A DNA stretch of 64,000 nt from an uncultured Gammaproteobacteria bacterium (lineage in GTDB: Bacteria > Pseudomonadota > Gammaproteobacteria > GCA-002705445 > GCA-002716945): positions 145,829 to 209,828 of the forward strand of contig CACEHM010000001.1 in NCBI GenBank assembly GCA_902559355.1, read 5' to 3'. A program made the position numbers and the translations under genes. How positions within the stretch are numbered: the first letter of the stretch is position 1; each line of letters begins with the position of its first letter. This document shows, in pieces, positions 43,248 to 55,563 of this stretch. The notes under the pieces are model-generated. The model had not been told where the DNA came from and did no database searches. It saw nothing but the letters and a program-made list of their open reading frames with translations.

Positions 43248-44999
43248 TTACTTTTCTACTAATTTCAAAACTTTTAAGAAATCTGTACTTTCCATGAAGC
43301 CAACAACTCTTGCTTCTGCGACTTCTTCACCATTGAGGTCATAAAAAAATAGTGCCGGAGGCCCAAAAATACGCATGGACTGTAAATACTTAGAATGATC
43401 CTCATTGGTTCTGGTAATATCAAATTTTATAAGTTTGAATTGGTTTAGAATTGCACTAACTTTTGGATCACTAAAAGTATATTTTTCTAATTCTTTACAA
43501 GCTACACACCAATCAGCATATAAATCTATCATGACAGGTCTATTAGAATTATTTATTTCTGTTTTTAAATCTTTAGTTGTTTCAACTGTTATAAATTCAA
43601 CAAATCTCTCTTTTTCGACAAAGCTACTAATTGGGTCATAGTAAGAATTTGAATGAATACCATTTACTTGTAGGCCAAAATAAACCAAGAGGAAAAATGA
43701 ACTTATAAAAACGATTGAGGTAGATATTGCATTCTTAATTATGCTTAATGACTTGATAAATATAGAAATTAAAATTAGTGAGGATAGGGCCCATAGGTAA
43801 GCAGCTACTTCTATTGATAGTATTCTTTCGAGTAACCAAATTGATACAACTAAGAATAGAATGCCAAAAAAATAATTTACCAGTTGTAAATAGGGACCAA
43901 TCTTTGAAATTAACTTTGTAGTCGTTGAACCTAATAAAATAAGAGGCGCTCCCATACCTATGCCAAGCGAGAACAAAGCAATTCCCCCAACTATAACATC
44001 TCCTGTACTAGCAATATAGATTAATGCACCAATTAATGGTGCAGTTACACATGGTCCAACTATCAGTGCAGATAGAACACCCATTACAGCCACATCTCCA
44101 TAGCTTCCAGATTTTTGTTTATTACTTAGTTGGGTCATAACTGTTTGAATAGATTTTGGCATCTGTATATCAAAAAACTTAAACATTGCTAGAGCAAATA
44201 GAAAAAATAATAAAGATATAGATCCAATTACATATGGATTTTGAAGACTTGCTTGTATATTGGTTCCTGATACAGCAACAATAATTCCTGCAACAGCATA
44301 GGTTAGGGACATGCTAAATACATAAATTATGGATAGAGTAAGTGATTTTTTTTGAGATACATTTCCTTGTCCAGCAATTATTCCAGTTAAAATAGGAACC
44401 ATAGGAAGAACACAAGGTGTAAATGCTAGCAAAAGTCCAGCTAGAAAAAAAATTATAGAGTTGTAAATAATAGAGTTTGATAATAGAGAGTCGCTCATGG
44501 CATTCTGACTCTCAAACAAAGATGTTTTTCTAAAGCTATTTAATGAGGGCTTTTTTTTTACAGTTATGGTCTTAAAAACTGGCGGGTAACACAAACCAGC
44601 ATCTGCACATCCTTGGTACTTAACTTTGAGTTCTATTGAATCCTTAATATCATCCACAAAATAAACATCAGCTTCAGCTGAATAATAATAGACATCCACA
44701 TCTCCAAAAAATTCGTCCTGTTTCTTTTTACCTTCAGGCATTTCAACTTTTGAAATTTTATTTGTATCGAGCGATTCAAATTCAAACATACCCATATACA
44801 AATAGTATCCTGGATGAATTATCCAGTTAATTTTGGCATGATTTTGATCAACTATTTCATAATCTATTTTGAATGCTTCATCTGGTGATAGAAATTCTGC
44901 TTGGTTAACGGGCAATTCACTTCTAGCGTGATTTAACGTTAAAAGAGAACAACATACTACCAATAGGATAAAATATATTTGTTTTATAAATAGCTTCAT
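43248..44999 (-). CDS. dsbD: thiol:disulfide interchange protein DsbD
   Basis: 583 aa with signal peptide, N-terminal periplasmic domain, 8-TM core with Cys pair (TPCVLP...GPCVTAP) and C-terminal thioredoxin-like domain with WCVACK. Confidence 0.9.
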   Translation of the reverse strand: MKLFIKQIYFILLVVCCSLLTLNHARSELPVNQAEFLSPDEAFKIDYEIVDQNHAKINWIIHPGYYLYMGMFEFESLDTNKISKVEMPEGKKKQDEFFGDVDVYYYSAEADVYFVDDIKDSIELKVKYQGCADAGLCYPPVFKTITVKKKPSLNSFRKTSLFESQNAMSDSLLSNSIIYNSIIFFLAGLLLAFTPCVLPMVPILTGIIAGQGNVSQKKSLTLSIIYVFSMSLTYAVAGIIVAVSGTNIQASLQNPYVIGSISLLFFLFALAMFKFFDIQMPKSIQTVMTQLSNKQKSGSYGDVAVMGVLSALIVGPCVTAPLIGALIYIASTGDVIVGGIALFSLGIGMGAPLILLGSTTTKLISKIGPYLQLVNYFFGILFLVVSIWLLERILSIEVAAYLWALSSLILISIFIKSLSIIKNAISTSIVFISSFFLLVYFGLQVNGIHSNSYYDPISSFVEKERFVEFITVETTKDLKTEINNSNRPVMIDLYADWCVACKELEKYTFSDPKVSAILNQFKLIKFDITRTNEDHSKYLQSMRIFGPPALFFYDLNGEEVAEARVVGFMESTDFLKVLKLVEK

Positions 45000-45155
45000 T
45001 ATTTTTTTAAAGTATTCTTCTCATCTATTATTGTTAACGTTATTATTTCAGGGCTTTCAATGTTATGCAATTCTTCTATCATTTATATGCGCATTTACAC
45101 AGTTCTAATTAAAACACTAAGATATAAATTATAGAAGTTTAGATAATCAAGCTTT

Positions 45156-45581
45156 ATGACATATAATAGACAGATGAAAATACCCGGATATATATTTCTA
45201 TTATTACCAATCATTGAACTAATTATATTTATTGAGGTAGGCTCTTTTATTGGTAGTTTCAATGTAATTATTTCAATAATATTTACTATATTCTTGGGCT
45301 ATTACTTAATCAAATCAAAAATAAAAAATATCACTTTTAGTATGATGAGTATTTCAAATATTCAAGATATGTACCAACAGTATGAATCAAGTATTTATTC
45401 TTTTTTAGCCGGCGTATTACTTATTGTTCCAGGCTATCTTACAGATTTAATTGGTTTAATATTATTATTGCCATTTTTGAGACCGCAACTGTCAAATTAT
45501 TTTAATTTCAAACACCAATCAGACCGATCTAATAGTAACAAGAGTAATATAATTGATGGCAATTATAGAGATGATGACTAG
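45156..45581 (+). CDS. fxsA: FxsA family inner-membrane protein
   Basis: 141 aa. N-terminal IFLLLPIIELIIFIEVGSFIG and LLLPFLRP match FxsA. fxsA-groESL adjacency is conserved in gammaproteobacteria. Confidence 0.75.
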   Translation: MTYNRQMKIPGYIFLLLPIIELIIFIEVGSFIGSFNVIISIIFTIFLGYYLIKSKIKNITFSMMSISNIQDMYQQYESSIYSFLAGVLLIVPGYLTDLIGLILLLPFLRPQLSNYFNFKHQSDRSNSNKSNIIDGNYRDDD

Positions 45582-45597
45582 ATTTTTCAGTTAAATC

Positions 45598-45625
45598 CTT
45601 GAAATTTTCACCAAAGTCCATATCA
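45598..45625 (+). promoter_or_regulatory. sigma-32 (heat-shock) promoter of groES-groEL
   Basis: CTTGAAA (45598-45604), a 13-nt spacer, then CCATATCA (45618-45625), matching the sigma-32 consensus CTTGAAA-N13-15-CCCCATnT. About 54 nt upstream of the groES ATG. Confidence 0.6.
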
Positions 45626-45678
45626 TTAGCAGTCGAAGGGTTAGAGTGCTAACCATTAATTGAAAGCGAGGTAAATCA

Positions 45679-47660
<1,982 letters not shown>

Positions 47661-47684
47661 TCCCTTCCACTTACCAAAAATAAT

Positions 47685-47716
47685 TCAAGGCCTCTTTTTA
47701 GAGGCCTTGTTTTTTA
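47685..47716 (+). terminator. rho-independent terminator of groESL
   Basis: Perfect 10-bp stem caaggcctct / agaggccttg with a tttt loop, followed by a ttttttatattt T-tract, 25 nt after the groEL stop. Confidence 0.85.
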
Positions 47717-47761
47717 TATTTAATAATTTAGAAATATATTCGATGTTACAATAAATATGTA

Positions 47762-49414
47762 ATGAGCAATAATTGGGACAACGAATATCCAAAAGGCTTA
47801 AGTGAAAACCTAGGCTGTATAGATAACGATACTATAATTGATCTACTTGAATCATCAGCCAGAAAATATGAATCCAAAATTGCATATTACAGTCTAAATA
47901 GTTCATTAAATTACAAAATGACCAGCCTATTAGCTAAGAGGCTCGCAGCTTATTTACAGTATCTTGGTGTTAGAAAAAAAACAAAAATAGCAATAATGCT
48001 TCCAAACCTGCTTACATATCCAATATCACTATTTGGTTCATACTACTGCGGAGCTACTGTAATAAATGTAAATCCTATGTATAAATCTAGAGAGATACAA
48101 CATCTCTTAGAGGATTCAGAGGCAGAATATATATTTGTATTAGATAAATTTTATAATGAGCTCCAACCATGTATTAAAACCTCTAAGCTTAAAAAAATCA
48201 TTATTTGTAAGATAAATGATTTATTGAATCCATTAATGAAGTTTTTTGTTCCTATGGTAATGTTTTATAAAAAGCAAACAATTAATATTGAGAAAAATAA
48301 TAAGAATATTTATTTTAAAGATATAATATCTAATAATTTTGGGTTTGAAGATGTTCATGTAGAACAAGATGATACAGCCCTTCTTCAATATACAGGTGGA
48401 ACCACAGGTAAATCTAAAGCAGCTGTACTTACACATAAAAATCTTTTATCTAATGTTCAACAGGTATCAAATTGGATAGAACCACATATAAAATCTGGCA
48501 AAGAAATAATAATCACAGCCTTACCTCTTTTTCATATATTTTCTTTCACTGTAAATTGCCTAACCTTTTTAAAAATTGGTGCTGAGAATGTTTTAATAGC
48601 TAACCCAAGAGATCTAAAATCATTCCTTAAGGTTCTTGAAAAGAAAAAATTTACAGTCATGACTGCTGTAAATACATTATTCAATCTTCTCTTAACAAGT
48701 AAAAAATTTAAAGAGTTAGACTTCTCAGGATTTAAATTTTCTGTAGGTGGAGGTATGGCTGTTATGAGTGAGACTGCAAAAAATTGGAAAAAAGTTACCG
48801 GGACTAATATTACTCAAGGGTATGGATTAACAGAAACATCACCTGTTGTTTCTATCAATAAAATTGATAACCCTTTTAATGGAAGCATAGGACTCCCTGT
48901 GCAGTCAACGAACATAAAAATTATTGATGAAAGTGGAAAGAATGTAGATGGTGAGCAACCTGGCGAATTATGCGTCAAGGGACCTCAGGTTATGTCAGGT
49001 TATTGGAAGTATAAAGAAGATCAAGAGAACCCATTTACAGATGATGGTTTTTTTAAAACAGGAGATATTGCAACAATTAGCAAAGATGGATACCTTACTA
49101 TCGTTGATAGAAAAAAGGATATGATAATTTCATCAGGATATAATGTTTTTCCAAATGAGTTAGAGGATTTCTTATCAACTCACCCTGATATTCTTGAAGC
49201 TGGCGTTATTGGTGTGCCTGATAAAAATAGAGGGGAACATATCAAAGCATTTATTGTTAAAAAAAATAAAAATCTTTCAGAAACTGATGTGATTATGTTT
49301 TGTAAAGAAGGCTTAACTGAATATAAAGTCCCCAAAAAAATTATTTTCATAGATGACCTTCCTAAAACCAATGTTGGTAAGATATTAAGAAGGGAACTAA
49401 GAAATCTTGGTTAA
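47762..49414 (+). CDS. fadD: long-chain-fatty-acid--CoA ligase (AMP-binding enzyme family)
   Basis: 550 aa. AMP-binding motif YTGGTTGKSKAAVLTH (T/S-G-G-T-T-G-x-P-K-like), GYGLTETSP, and a C-terminal PKTNVGKILRREL conserved lysine. Confidence 0.85.
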   Translation: MSNNWDNEYPKGLSENLGCIDNDTIIDLLESSARKYESKIAYYSLNSSLNYKMTSLLAKRLAAYLQYLGVRKKTKIAIMLPNLLTYPISLFGSYYCGATVINVNPMYKSREIQHLLEDSEAEYIFVLDKFYNELQPCIKTSKLKKIIICKINDLLNPLMKFFVPMVMFYKKQTINIEKNNKNIYFKDIISNNFGFEDVHVEQDDTALLQYTGGTTGKSKAAVLTHKNLLSNVQQVSNWIEPHIKSGKEIIITALPLFHIFSFTVNCLTFLKIGAENVLIANPRDLKSFLKVLEKKKFTVMTAVNTLFNLLLTSKKFKELDFSGFKFSVGGGMAVMSETAKNWKKVTGTNITQGYGLTETSPVVSINKIDNPFNGSIGLPVQSTNIKIIDESGKNVDGEQPGELCVKGPQVMSGYWKYKEDQENPFTDDGFFKTGDIATISKDGYLTIVDRKKDMIISSGYNVFPNELEDFLSTHPDILEAGVIGVPDKNRGEHIKAFIVKKNKNLSETDVIMFCKEGLTEYKVPKKIIFIDDLPKTNVGKILRRELRNLG

Positions 49415-50454
49415 TTATCGAAAAAAATAAGATGATCCAGGTCGAGTGTTATACCAATTACTTCATTGATCTCATGATTATGATGACTAGGAGCATAACA
49501 AAATATTTTTTGTTTATCCTTAAGCTCTAATTCATAAAGGAAATCTGCTCCTCGAAATATTTTTTCTATGACCTTCGCAGAAAAGAGTGAATCATCATCA
49601 TGAATAATATCATCTGGTCTAATAAGTAAATCTACTTCAGCACCAACTTTATTTTGGCCTATGTTGCTTACAAATTTACCCAATTTACACTCAACATGAC
49701 TAGAATCCACAATCTTCGCTTTTATATATGATGATAATCCAAAGAAATTTGCAATTTCTCTCGATGATGGTCTGTGGTAAATATCATATGGATCTGAATA
49801 CTGAGTAATAGTACTGTCGCTTATAAACGCTATTTTATCTGACATTTTAAAAGCCTCTTCTGCATTATGAGTAATTAGTATTGCTGTTATATTCTCTGAT
49901 TTTATAAGTTTTTTAATATCACTCATGAGGTTATCTTTAAGTTCATAGTCAAGAGCGCTGAAAGGTTCATCAAGTAATAGCAAGTTAGGCTTTGGTGCAA
50001 TTGCTCTGGCAATAGCAACTCTTTGCTGTTGTCCTCCAGAAATTTGATTAGGGTATTTATTAACAATATTTTCGATACTCAAAAGATTCTCTAGTTTCTC
50101 TGCTCTTTTTCGTTTTTGAACATTATCTAGAGCATTTAATCCAAAATATATATTTTCTCTGACAGTGAGATGGGGAAATAATGCTAGGTCCTGGAAGATC
50201 ACACCAACATTTCTCTTTGCCACATCTATATATTTATTAGAATCATCAATAACCTGATTATCTATTTTAATAACACCCGATGTAATATTATGAAACCCAG
50301 CTATAGAGCGGATAAGGGATGTTTTTCCTGAAGCGCTGGAGCCCATCAGTGAAACTATCTCACCTGTATCTATTTTTAAATTCACGTTATCTAGAACTAC
50401 TTTAGAGTCGAGTATAATTTTTACAGATTCAAGATTTAATTTAGTGTTTGACAT
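49411..50454 (-). CDS. Fe(3+) ABC transporter ATP-binding protein (FbpC/AfuC-like, with C-terminal TOBE-like extension)
   Basis: 347 aa. Walker A GSSASGKTS, ABC signature LSGGQQQRVAIARA, Walker B LLLLDEP. Confidence 0.8.
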   Translation of the reverse strand: MSNTKLNLESVKIILDSKVVLDNVNLKIDTGEIVSLMGSSASGKTSLIRSIAGFHNITSGVIKIDNQVIDDSNKYIDVAKRNVGVIFQDLALFPHLTVRENIYFGLNALDNVQKRKRAEKLENLLSIENIVNKYPNQISGGQQQRVAIARAIAPKPNLLLLDEPFSALDYELKDNLMSDIKKLIKSENITAILITHNAEEAFKMSDKIAFISDSTITQYSDPYDIYHRPSSREIANFFGLSSYIKAKIVDSSHVECKLGKFVSNIGQNKVGAEVDLLIRPDDIIHDDDSLFSAKVIEKIFRGADFLYELELKDKQKIFCYAPSHHNHEINEVIGITLDLDHLIFFDN

Positions 50455-52057
50455 TATTCATAATACCTTTTGAAAGTATTATAACTGGTATTAGACAAAT
50501 TATTATTAAAATAAGTCCTGGTAAACCTATTGAAGATAAATTCTCTGCTTCTGCCAACTCATAAAGATAAACGGGAAGAGTAGTGAAGTTAAAAGGCCTT
50601 AATATTAACGTCATTGGAAGTTCTTTTACAATATCAACAAATAACAATATCAAAGCAGAGTAAACGGTGGGCAGTAGAATTGGCGCATGTACTTTTAAGA
50701 GTGTTTGAATCTTTGAATAACCTAAACTTTCAGATACTAAGTCATAGTTTCTTGAGATTTTATTGAAACCAGAATCAATAGTTTTAATAGAAATAGTTGA
50801 GAAACGAACAAGATAGGCGGTAATAAGTAATATGAAAGTACCCGTCAGAATAGCCTCGGGTGGATAATCAAACAATTTGGCAAATGATTTTTCCATGTAT
50901 GTTATCGGCGCAATTACACCTACCGCTAATACAACACCAGGGATAGCATAACCAAGTGAAAATATTTTTATGGATATTTTTGTAAATATATTCTTTGTTA
51001 TACGCGATATAAAACTAATGTTGAGGGTAAATATAATAATTGTTATAGCGCTCAATAATGCAATACCTGTACTAGATGCTATAAGTTCAGCTAGAAAGAT
51101 AATATTAATTTCTTCAAAAGAATAGGATATCCAATAAAAGATTTGTATCAAAGGTAAGATAAAACCAAAAAAAAGCACTAGAGAACATAAAAAGGTTGGT
51201 AAAGCTTTATTATCTGGAATTTCTTTTTTTCTTTTATACACCTTGTTTGTTGGATTATCAAAGTTTCTTTTCCCACGAGAAATCTCTTCAAAATATATTA
51301 AGAAAAAAACTAATGTTAGTAAAATAGATGATAAACGAAGAGAGCTAACATCATCACCTAAAACAAACCATGCTCTAAATATACCTGTTGCAAAAGTAGG
51401 GACTCCAAAATATTCCATAGTCGCATATTCTGCCAGCGTCTCCATAATAACAAAACTTACTCCTGCTATTACTGCAGGCCTTACAATGGGAATACCTATT
51501 TTAGTCATTCTTTGATATTGATTTAATCCTAAAGACTTACCTACTTCAAAAACACTATAGGAGTGATTTGCAAACGCAGGAAGACACAATAAGTATACAT
51601 ATGGATAGAGACTAATCGACATTACAAAAATAACGCCATATATATTTTGAATATTATACAAGTTGTAAATAAATGGCCCTAACCCAAAATAGTACTCAAA
51701 AAAATTGAAAAATATTCCCGATATTTCATTAAGGCCCGAATAAATAAAGGCATTTATGTATGTTGGGATTGCCATTGGTATAATAAGTAACCATTTGAAT
51801 AAGTTAACACCCGGGAAGTCGTACATACTCACAAGCCATGCTAATGAAGTGCCAATAAGTATTGTAAAAAAAGCCACAAAGAAGACAATAATTAATGAAT
51901 TGATTACATATTCTTCTAAAAGATATTTTTTGATATGTATCCAAACATCAGTGGTTGCAGTAAATAAATTTAAAAATATAAACAATATAGGTAATAGAAA
52001 TATAAGGACAAATATGAATGCCAAAGTGTTATTAAATGAATCGATTTTATTAGACAA
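50441..52057 (-). CDS. Fe(3+) ABC transporter permease (FbpB/AfuB-like, duplicated 2x6 TM)
   Basis: 538 aa with two tandem permease domains, as in FbpB/ThiP-type permeases. Confidence 0.75.
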   Translation of the reverse strand: MSNKIDSFNNTLAFIFVLIFLLPILFIFLNLFTATTDVWIHIKKYLLEEYVINSLIIVFFVAFFTILIGTSLAWLVSMYDFPGVNLFKWLLIIPMAIPTYINAFIYSGLNEISGIFFNFFEYYFGLGPFIYNLYNIQNIYGVIFVMSISLYPYVYLLCLPAFANHSYSVFEVGKSLGLNQYQRMTKIGIPIVRPAVIAGVSFVIMETLAEYATMEYFGVPTFATGIFRAWFVLGDDVSSLRLSSILLTLVFFLIYFEEISRGKRNFDNPTNKVYKRKKEIPDNKALPTFLCSLVLFFGFILPLIQIFYWISYSFEEINIIFLAELIASSTGIALLSAITIIIFTLNISFISRITKNIFTKISIKIFSLGYAIPGVVLAVGVIAPITYMEKSFAKLFDYPPEAILTGTFILLITAYLVRFSTISIKTIDSGFNKISRNYDLVSESLGYSKIQTLLKVHAPILLPTVYSALILLFVDIVKELPMTLILRPFNFTTLPVYLYELAEAENLSSIGLPGLILIIICLIPVIILSKGIMNNVKH

Positions 52058-52063
52058 AGATTC

Positions 52064-53095
52064 TTATTTCCATTTAGCTATATCAAATACCTTTCCAGCA
52101 TTATCGTTTAGCTCACCAAGGTTAGTAAGATTCATCGAGTCCATTTTAAATGGATATCCCCATGACTTTACAGTGTCTGATATATTGATATTTTGTCTAA
52201 TAGGATATTCATGATTCTGTTTCGCATAAACTTCTTGAGCCTCATCACCCGCTAAAAACTCAATTAGTTTAATAGCATTATCTTTATTTTTAGCATTTTT
52301 AGTAACAAACCCACCGCTGATGTTTATATGCGCTCCTCTATTATCTTGATTAGGAAATAAAACTTTTATTTTCTTAGCATAATCCCTTTCAGTATCTTTT
52401 TTCGATGAAATCCATTTTCCTAAATAATAAGTATTAGCCAAAGTAACGTCACATTTACCAAGAACAACAGCAGTCATTTGTCCTCTATCATTTCCTTTAG
52501 GCGGTCTTGAGAAATTATCAACAACACCTTTTGCCCATTCTAATGCTGCTTTCTGACCATTATGATGAATAAGTGATGCAAGCAAAGACTGATTATAGAT
52601 ATTGCTGGATGATCTAATGCAAACGCGACCTTTGAGAGCAGGGTTCATTAAATTTTCGTAATCCATTATATCTTTAGGACTTATCTTTTCAGGATTATAC
52701 ATTATCACTCTTGATCGAATAGAAAGTCCATACCAATGCCCTTCATTATCTCTTAAATAATTTGGAACAAGACTATTAAGTTTTTCTGATTCAATTTTCT
52801 GGGAAATATTTTTCAATTTCGCTTTATGTAAATTACCAGCATCAACTGTAATCAATAAATCTGCTGGGCTTGTCTCTCCTTCATCAATAATTTTTTTAAT
52901 TAAAACTTTTGTTTTAGCTGAGACAATATTTACTTTGATACCTGTATCTTTTTCAAAAATATCAACCAAAGGTCTTATTAAATGCTCTTTTCGCGCGGTA
53001 TATAGATTTACTTCTTCATCTATTGGAGCGCTTGAACATCCTGTAATTATGATTGAAGGTATTATCGCTAATATGTATATAATTTGTCTATGCAT
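52064..53095 (-). CDS. Fe(3+)-binding periplasmic protein (FbpA/HitA family)
   Basis: 343 aa with lipoprotein-like signal (IITGCSS). LYTARKEHL, SPADLLIT, LSIRSRV and EYPIR align with the H. influenzae HitA / Neisseria FbpA ferric-binding motifs (Y-based iron ligands, EYP(L/I)R). Confidence 0.8.
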   Translation of the reverse strand: MHRQIIYILAIIPSIIITGCSSAPIDEEVNLYTARKEHLIRPLVDIFEKDTGIKVNIVSAKTKVLIKKIIDEGETSPADLLITVDAGNLHKAKLKNISQKIESEKLNSLVPNYLRDNEGHWYGLSIRSRVIMYNPEKISPKDIMDYENLMNPALKGRVCIRSSSNIYNQSLLASLIHHNGQKAALEWAKGVVDNFSRPPKGNDRGQMTAVVLGKCDVTLANTYYLGKWISSKKDTERDYAKKIKVLFPNQDNRGAHINISGGFVTKNAKNKDNAIKLIEFLAGDEAQEVYAKQNHEYPIRQNINISDTVKSWGYPFKMDSMNLTNLGELNDNAGKVFDIAKWK

Positions 53096-53243
53096 TGTAA
53101 ATAAGAATGATTATCATTATTGTCTAGTATATATTGAATTTCAAGGAAATTTGACCTATTAACATAAAATTAACATTAGTCATCAATTTCCCAACAGTTT
53201 AATACATGTTATAGTTTTCTTTGAATTCTAAAAGGTATAAAAA

Positions 53244-54164
53244 ATGATAATGTCTGACCTGAAAGGGAAAATATGGATGGATGGCAAGCTCGTTGAATGG
53301 TCAGATGCAAAGATTCATGTACTTACGCATACGCTTCATTATGGAACGGGTGTCTTTGAAGGTGTCAGAGCATATGAGACATCAGATGGCCCAGCAATTT
53401 TTAGATTAGAAGACCATACAAATAGATTATTTGAATCAGCCAAGCTTATAGGTATGCAAATCCCGTATGATGCAAAAGAATTAAATGATGCTCAGTCTCA
53501 AGTCGTAAAAATTAATAATTTAAAAAATGCATATATAAGGCCAATGTGTTTCTATGGATCAGAGGGAATGGGTTTACGTGCCGATAATTTAAAAGTACAT
53601 ACAATCATTGCAGCTTGGGATTGGGGCTCATATCTGGGCGATGATAAAATATTAAATGGCATTAAAGTTAAAGTAACTGATTTTCCAAAGCGATCTGAAA
53701 AGAGTATGTTACATAAAGCAAAAGCTTCTGGTAATTACTTATATTCAATGTTGGCACTTAAAGATGCTCTTAACTCAGGTTATGATGAAGCTTTAATTCT
53801 TGATATAGATGATAATGTAAATGAGGGATCAGGAGAAAATTTCTTTACGATTATAAATAATACTATTCATACTCCTAAGGATGCTACAGTATTAAATGGT
53901 ATAACAAGACAAACTGTTATGAAGATAGCCAGAGACTTAAACTATAGGGTAGAAGAAACAAATATCTCAGTCGATGATGTGAAGTCATCTGACGAAGCAT
54001 TTTTTACTGGCACTGCTGCTGAAGTAACTCCAATTATTCAAGTTGATAATGTCAAAATAAATGATGGCAAGCCAGGAGAAATTACAAAAAAAATTCAAAA
54101 GATATATTTTGATCTTATAAGAGGCAAGGTAGATGAATATAGTAGTTGGTTGACTCAAGTCTAA
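53244..54164 (+). CDS. ilvE: branched-chain amino acid aminotransferase
   Basis: 306 aa, PLP fold-type IV. VLTHTLHYGTGVFEGVRAYE and EGSGENFF motifs typical of IlvE. Confidence 0.9.
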   Translation: MIMSDLKGKIWMDGKLVEWSDAKIHVLTHTLHYGTGVFEGVRAYETSDGPAIFRLEDHTNRLFESAKLIGMQIPYDAKELNDAQSQVVKINNLKNAYIRPMCFYGSEGMGLRADNLKVHTIIAAWDWGSYLGDDKILNGIKVKVTDFPKRSEKSMLHKAKASGNYLYSMLALKDALNSGYDEALILDIDDNVNEGSGENFFTIINNTIHTPKDATVLNGITRQTVMKIARDLNYRVEETNISVDDVKSSDEAFFTGTAAEVTPIIQVDNVKINDGKPGEITKKIQKIYFDLIRGKVDEYSSWLTQV

Positions 54165-55094
54165 ATGTTTAAGAAAAAGAACATATTAGTTGTAGGTGAT
54201 ATTATGCTTGATAAGTATAGTCATGGTACTGTAAGCAGAGTGTCTCCGGAAGCCCCTGTTCCTATCGTTGATATTAAAAAAATAATTTTTAAACCTGGAG
54301 GAGCATCTAATGTAGCACAAAATTTATCAGCATTAGGGATGAATGTGACGTTATTGGGCATAACAGGGGATGATTATGAGCTAAAAGAATTGATAAAGGT
54401 CTTAAGGCTTACTGACATTAAGTTTGATCCTGTAAAAGATTTATCCATAAGAACAACATTAAAATCTAGAATTATAGGGAATGATCAACAATTAATGCGA
54501 CTAGATCATGAAGATAGAGACAAATCTAATATGCACGGGGAACTTCTCAAAAGAGCAATCAAGTATGCTAAAAATTCTGATTTAATAGTTTTATCGGATT
54601 ACGATAAAGGATCAGTAAAATCTGTTGCAGCTGACATTATCAACTTTGCGAACAAAAACAACATCAAGGTAATTATTGATCCTAAAGGTACAGACTACTC
54701 AATGTATAAAAATGCTTACATGGTAAAACCTAATGAATTAGAATTTTCTATGATCATGGGTAAAATTAAAAACAAAAAAGACATGATTGCAAAAGGTAAA
54801 AAACTAAAAAAAGATCTACAATTAGATACATTGCTCTTAACTCTAGGTAAGAACGGAATGGCGTTGTTTTCCAAAGATTCTCTTTTAACTTTTGCTACAT
54901 CACGAAAAGATGTCTACGATGTAACAGGAGCTGGCGATACAGTAATATCAGTTCTTGCCGCTTCTTTAGCTTCAAATAAAACATTAAAAAAATCTTGTGA
55001 ACTCGCAAATATAGCAGCTGGATTATCTATACAACAACTTGGAACTGTAAGTATAAGTAAAAGCGATATTAATAATGCTATTAGAAAATCCTAA
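54165..55094 (+). CDS. hldA: D-glycero-beta-D-manno-heptose-7-phosphate kinase (HldE domain I / HldA)
   Basis: 309 aa ribokinase-like. ILVVGDIMLDKY N-terminus and GAGDTV anion hole. Confidence 0.85.
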   Translation: MFKKKNILVVGDIMLDKYSHGTVSRVSPEAPVPIVDIKKIIFKPGGASNVAQNLSALGMNVTLLGITGDDYELKELIKVLRLTDIKFDPVKDLSIRTTLKSRIIGNDQQLMRLDHEDRDKSNMHGELLKRAIKYAKNSDLIVLSDYDKGSVKSVAADIINFANKNNIKVIIDPKGTDYSMYKNAYMVKPNELEFSMIMGKIKNKKDMIAKGKKLKKDLQLDTLLLTLGKNGMALFSKDSLLTFATSRKDVYDVTGAGDTVISVLAASLASNKTLKKSCELANIAAGLSIQQLGTVSISKSDINNAIRKS

Positions 55095-55563
55095 AATTAT
55101 AACTGATAAAGTCGTATTAAACTCCATAGTTACGAGTGCTCGTGATAGAAAAGAAACTATTGTCTTTACGAATGGCTGTTTTGACATTATTCATCCGGGT
55201 CATGTATTTATTCTTGAGCAAGCAAAAGCTAAAGGAGATATATTAATCGTAGGCCTTAATTCAGATTCCTCGATTAAAAATTTTAAGTCATCTGATAGAC
55301 CAATATGTAATCAAGATGATCGAGCGTATATTCTCGCTGCATTTTCATGTGTAGACTACATAATTATATTTGATGAAGATACTCCTAAAAAACTAATTAT
55401 TGATATTACTCCAGATATACTCGTTAAGGGCAAAGATTATGAAGGTAAAGAGATAGCTGGCTCAAAATATATGTTAGATAATAATAAAAAAATAGAACTG
55501 GTCGAAATTATTGATGGCAAATCAACTTCAAATATTATAGACAATATACAAAAGGTTAAGTAA
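55075..55563 (+). CDS. hldC: D-glycero-beta-D-manno-heptose-1-phosphate adenylyltransferase (HldE domain II / HldC)
   Basis: 162 aa cytidylyltransferase fold with TNGCFDIIHPGHV motif. Overlaps hldA by 20 nt in a different frame. Confidence 0.85.
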   Translation: MLLENPKIITDKVVLNSIVTSARDRKETIVFTNGCFDIIHPGHVFILEQAKAKGDILIVGLNSDSSIKNFKSSDRPICNQDDRAYILAAFSCVDYIIIFDEDTPKKLIIDITPDILVKGKDYEGKEIAGSKYMLDNNKKIELVEIIDGKSTSNIIDNIQKVK

